DNA of 46,369 bases from a virus: the IMG/VR virus record IMGVR_UViG_3300003322_000100, positions 1 through 46,369 of that record, one strand, 5' to 3'. Shown here one piece after another: positions 43,159-46,369 of the stretch. Under the pieces are notes generated by a model. The model did not search any database, was not told the DNA's origin, and was given only the letters and a program-made list of their open reading frames with translations. Both the position numbers and the translations under genes were made by a program. How positions within the stretch are numbered: position 1 is the stretch's first letter; every line of letters begins with the position of its first letter.

Positions 43159-43605
43159 TTACCTGATATCGTCGTATTGAAAGACAGCAATGGCATTTGC
43201 CCGATGCCATTTACCATCCGGGTCTAGTTCCTGTATGCGCGGACGGCGAAACCAGACACAATCACCGGCCTTTGCGCCGCGAAAGGATGACCTAGCGATA
43301 TCCGCCAGTTTTTCCAGGTTTCGCGCACCCTGGATATCCGACATCGGGGCGAATATTTGAACGGTAACCAGCCCCTCAACACGCCAGCGACGCGGGCTTC
43401 CCATCGGGCCGCGATATGTCGCCTGATTTTCCAGCACCGTCGTAAACGAAATGCGGCCCCAATAAAGCGCCTCATTGGTGATCGATCGTTCCGTATCCCA
43501 CGGGTAAACGATCTTTGGGGGTGTCCCGACGATGGCCGGAGTTTGCGCCAGCCATGCCGCCGTAAACAAAGCGCACATAGCATCTTTAGCTTCGGTATTG
43601 TTCAT
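43159..43605 (-). CDS. Tail terminator / tail completion protein candidate
   Basis: 148 aa immediately upstream of the major tail gene. Positional call. Confidence 0.4.
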   Translation of the reverse strand: MNNTEAKDAMCALFTAAWLAQTPAIVGTPPKIVYPWDTERSITNEALYWGRISFTTVLENQATYRGPMGSPRRWRVEGLVTVQIFAPMSDIQGARNLEKLADIARSSFRGAKAGDCVWFRRPRIQELDPDGKWHRANAIAVFQYDDIR

Positions 43606-44003
43606 AGCTTCACCCCTATAAGATAGAGGATCGGCGTAGTCATATCCGGATCGAGGGTGTCAATCGTAAGAGGCTTAACTGTTTTGCCCTTAATTGTAAT
43701 TACATCATCCGGGCTTGGTGTAAATTCGATAGCTCCGGACATAAGTAATTGATCGGTTCCGGCCAAGGTCTGACCATCCGGATTATATCCAAGTGTCGCC
43801 AGTGCGGTTAAAGTCGTCCGCAGCATGGTTGAATTCATCGGTAGAAGAACCGCCTTCGGCTCATAATCAGTCGGCACTTGCCCGCCGGGTATCCAGGGTG
43901 TACTTGGATTTGGCGGAACAGTGGTAAATTTCCTCCAGCCAATAGTGCCGCCTTTGGCGTTTATCAGCCGTTCAACCGTTGCGCGGGAACTTTCATACGT
44001 CAT
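43602..44003 (-). CDS. Head-tail joining (head closure) protein candidate
   Basis: 133 aa with ATGA overlaps on both sides. Positional call. Confidence 0.4.
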   Translation of the reverse strand: MTYESSRATVERLINAKGGTIGWRKFTTVPPNPSTPWIPGGQVPTDYEPKAVLLPMNSTMLRTTLTALATLGYNPDGQTLAGTDQLLMSGAIEFTPSPDDVITIKGKTVKPLTIDTLDPDMTTPILYLIGVKL

Positions 44004-44554
44004 CCGCGCACCGCCGTAAGGAAGACCCCACCGCCGCAGCCGTTAATAAGCGCGCCTAGCAAAGCGTCCAGCTTTGGAAATGATGGCCCGGTTAGTCCGC
44101 CTGTCGCCGTGATAATCGCATCGGAGTATTCGGTTTCGATCGGCCCGACCTTATCGCGAATAACCGGAAGCGCCCCGGAATTCGTCGGTAGAAGATCAAA
44201 TTTCGACGCTTCATAGGCGCCAGCCGCAAGCGCATCCTTCAATTCCTTCGGAATGACGTTATTTGCAATAGGAATGCAGTCGATTTGCGCGCATTCGCGC
44301 GGATATTGCAAAGGTTGAACAGGCGCCGTCGTCCCGTCTTCCAATGTCTGGCCACGCCACGACTTACGGCCGTTAGTGCTAGCCCGCAATTCCGGTTCAA
44401 TATAGTCCATTGCTGCGATAACGTTTGCTTCAAGCGCGCTATCGCTGGGCAGCGAATACCCACGTGCCGTCCAATACGCCTTTATATAGCTTAGATCAGC
44501 GTAAGAATTGGCGTTCGGATCGGTCCCGTTGCCGGTTTCAGGAATAAGCGTCAT
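44000..44554 (-). CDS. Head-tail adaptor/connector candidate
   Basis: 184 aa. N-terminal ANSYADLSYIKAYWTARGY...EANVIAAMDYIE resembles the conserved start of gp6-like adaptors. Confidence 0.5.
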   Translation of the reverse strand: MTLIPETGNGTDPNANSYADLSYIKAYWTARGYSLPSDSALEANVIAAMDYIEPELRASTNGRKSWRGQTLEDGTTAPVQPLQYPRECAQIDCIPIANNVIPKELKDALAAGAYEASKFDLLPTNSGALPVIRDKVGPIETEYSDAIITATGGLTGPSFPKLDALLGALINGCGGGVFLTAVRG

Positions 44555-45021
44555 GATAGTGCAATTGCCGTAATGACGCCTGCGGCAACAGTGAATGTTA
44601 CCGTATTGGTATATGTCCCTGTCGGCGCTACACCTGTAAGAGTGTCGCCGTTATCCACCATTGTTACTGTAGCGGCAAGATTGACGCCAGTAAGCACCGA
44701 ATTGGCGACTACCGCTGTCGCGTTATGGCCGTCCGCTCCCGTTGACCGGCGGACGGACACAGTACCGCCATTCGCCACAACTACGGAAGTTGCCGGAAGA
44801 CTGGTGTCATTCGGCGTAGCGACAGGCTTCCCATTGTATGCGGTCGGGATCGTACCGGCAACCGCATCGCATGGTTCAAGCCGGCCGTTATATGTCGTCT
44901 GTTCTTTCGAGTTGCGGATGTAAATCTGACCCTCGATTGACCCGATTGCGGTCAACTCCGGACCAGTCGGGGCCGTACCGGCAAGAAAGTAAATCACCTT
45001 GCGATCCGTCAGACGTGCCAT
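44551..45021 (-). CDS. Hypothetical structural protein (T/V/A-rich, beta-rich C-terminal half)
   Basis: 156 aa ORF in the head-tail region. Could be a decoration or Ig-like protein. Confidence 0.55.
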   Translation of the reverse strand: MARLTDRKVIYFLAGTAPTGPELTAIGSIEGQIYIRNSKEQTTYNGRLEPCDAVAGTIPTAYNGKPVATPNDTSLPATSVVVANGGTVSVRRSTGADGHNATAVVANSVLTGVNLAATVTMVDNGDTLTGVAPTGTYTNTVTFTVAAGVITAIALS

Positions 45022-45057
45022 GGTACGGCCCCTTTGTCAGATTATCCGATTGTCGGA

Positions 45058-45669
45058 TTACTTCGTTTTGCGCCCGCCGGACTTGCCGGAGGTATCGCCC
45101 GGATCGTCTTCGGACGGAGCCGGCGGGGCAGGCGGTGCGGGCGGCGCCGGGGGCACCGTGGGGGCTTCCGGAGCCGGCGGGGTCGGAGGGACCATGCCGG
45201 GCGCCGCCGGGCCTGCCGGGGGCGGTTCCGGGACGCGGAGCGGCTGTTCATTCAGCGGGGCCAGGGATGCCGAGCCGGGCGCATTCCAGGAATGGCCGAT
45301 GGCGCCGGGCGTGCCGGGGCTGACATCCTGTTTCGGGCCGCCCTGGTCATCCGTCGAAACGGTCGGCTCGGCCGTCACGTCCGCCGCCAGATCGCGACGC
45401 CGCCGCACCCGCTCGCCGAGTTCGTCCACCTTCTGACGATAGTTCCGCATCGCGTCATCCGGCGTCGGATACTGCCGATAGTTGTCCGGAATGAGTTCGG
45501 GCGACAGAGCCGCCACAGCATCGGCCAGTTCGGGCCGTTCCGCACCAGCATATCCGGCATGACGGAAGACAACGCCGGGACCGTACTGGAGGCTTTCGTA
45601 ATATTCTTCATCGGTCGGATTGGACGACGCGATAAAGAAGATGATCCGAGGATAAGGGATCGGCTGCAT
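45058..45669 (-). CDS. Hypothetical protein with a Pro/Ala-rich basic C-terminal tail
   Basis: 203 aa ORF directly after the capsid gene. Tail PEPPPAGPAAPGMVPPTPPAPEAPTVPPAPPAPPAPPAPSEDD...GGRKTK. Confidence 0.6.
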   Translation of the reverse strand: MQPIPYPRIIFFIASSNPTDEEYYESLQYGPGVVFRHAGYAGAERPELADAVAALSPELIPDNYRQYPTPDDAMRNYRQKVDELGERVRRRRDLAADVTAEPTVSTDDQGGPKQDVSPGTPGAIGHSWNAPGSASLAPLNEQPLRVPEPPPAGPAAPGMVPPTPPAPEAPTVPPAPPAPPAPPAPSEDDPGDTSGKSGGRKTK

Positions 45670-45705
45670 TGTCCTATTCTCCAGAAATGGCAGAAAGACG
45701 GAAGA

Positions 45706-45730
45706 AGGCGCAGCCTAGAAGACTGCGCCT
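45706..45730 (-). terminator. Hairpin after the capsid gene (candidate attenuator)
   Basis: AGGCGCAG-9 nt-CTGCGCCT, followed on the minus strand by TCTTCCGTCTTTCTG. Confidence 0.4.
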
Positions 45731-45737
45731 GCCGCCG

Positions 45738-46369
45738 TTAATTGGAGTCGATGACGACGCCCGCCAGGGACTTGATATCGGTCGCGTACCGATCCCAATT
45801 CGTCGCCGTCGCCAGCGCCGCATTGGTCGGCGACTTGCCGCCGGCCGTCTTGTCCCACGCGAAGCCCTTGACGCCGAGATTGTACGTCCATTCGGCCTGA
45901 TAAGTCCGAAGGATGTTTTCGTCGCCATTGCGGGTATCGACGTTGTCGTCGAAATCGCCGTTGGTATCGACCTGAACGGCGCCGGGAACCAGCCCGAGCG
46001 TATGATAGACGTTCGGCGTCCCGGCCGTCACCAGTGCCGGAATATCCGAAACGACGAACTTCCGCCCGAACGGATCGCGAATGACGTTCACCGTCCCGTA
46101 GACGAAAAGCTGCGAAGTATTCTGGAGTGCATTGTCGTAGAAATCGCGCAGCGGCGTCGAATGGATCAGCCATGCGGCGATACGCTGCTGCTGGTCACCG
46201 AACTTGAACGCCCCTTGGTTCATCATCCGAGGGTTCATGGTGTCCGGAGTTGCGCCGGTTCCGTCATAGACCACGGCGGCGATCTGGGAAAGTGCCGCAT
46301 AGCAGGCGGCGGCGCCGATGTTCACCATATCGGCAAGCTGCGCGACGGCAAGCTGCTGTCCGATGACGG
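45738..46369 (-). CDS. Major capsid protein, C-terminal part (continues from 1..359 through the end overlap)
   Basis: The ORF-track fragment 45738..46328 is open upstream to the window end and in phase with 1..359. Confidence 0.8.
   Translation of the reverse strand, partial: VIGQQLAVAQLADMVNIGAAACYAALSQIAAVVYDGTGATPDTMNPRMMNQGAFKFGDQQQRIAAWLIHSTPLRDFYDNALQNTSQLFVYGTVNVIRDPFGRKFVVSDIPALVTAGTPNVYHTLGLVPGAVQVDTNGDFDDNVDTRNGDENILRTYQAEWTYNLGVKGFAWDKTAGGKSPTNAALATATNWDRYATDIKSLAGVVIDSN
46345..46369. repeat. Terminal 25-nt overlap, second copy
   Basis: Identical to 1..25. Confidence 0.95.

Noticed and set aside
45034-45741. 235-codon plus-strand ORF opposite gene 45058..45669
   Set aside because: The translation is Arg/Gly-rich and comes from the complement of a Pro/Ala tract. 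The minus-strand ORF has an ATG and fits the operon.

Overview
The window is one complete, closed genome of about 46.3 kb from a tailed dsDNA phage. The first 25 nt are identical to the last 25 nt, and the major capsid gene reads in frame across that junction.

Organisation, three blocks:
- (1) Minus-strand early block, 19249 down to 8026. It holds an HTH regulator, a prim-pol/helicase, an AT-rich iteron region, about 27 small ORFan genes, a VRR-NUC nuclease, an HNH endonuclease and a Pro/Ala-rich orphan gene. It ends at a strong intrinsic terminator (7783-7830).
- (2) Plus-strand replication/recombination arm, 19385 to 29043. It holds a Sak4-like ATPase, a DUF669-like protein, a Cas4-like nuclease, an SF2 helicase, a beta-clamp-like protein and a family A DNA polymerase.
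- (3) One long minus-strand late block, from 7719 through the window junction down to 29057. Order is lysis cassette, terminase, portal, MuF-like protein, scaffold, capsid, connectors, major tail, G/GT chaperones with a -1 frameshift, tape measure, then a lambda-like tail tip carrying an extra beta-helix spike.

The spanin pair with a lipoprotein o-spanin implies a Gram-negative host. I saw no integrase, partition genes, tRNA, CRISPR array or reverse transcriptase.

I cannot point to a single proven novel system. The best candidates for follow-up are:
- a lambda PR'-6S-tR'-like structured leader plus terminator in front of the late block;
- an array of six near-identical early promoters serving ORFan genes;
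- the iteron-rich origin candidate;
- a clamp-like gene next to a family A polymerase;
- a GC-rich, promoter- and terminator-bounded Pro/Ala-rich orphan gene;
- recurring Pro/Ala low-complexity tracts in four unrelated proteins.

All functional calls come from motif recognition by eye and from gene order, not from database searches.
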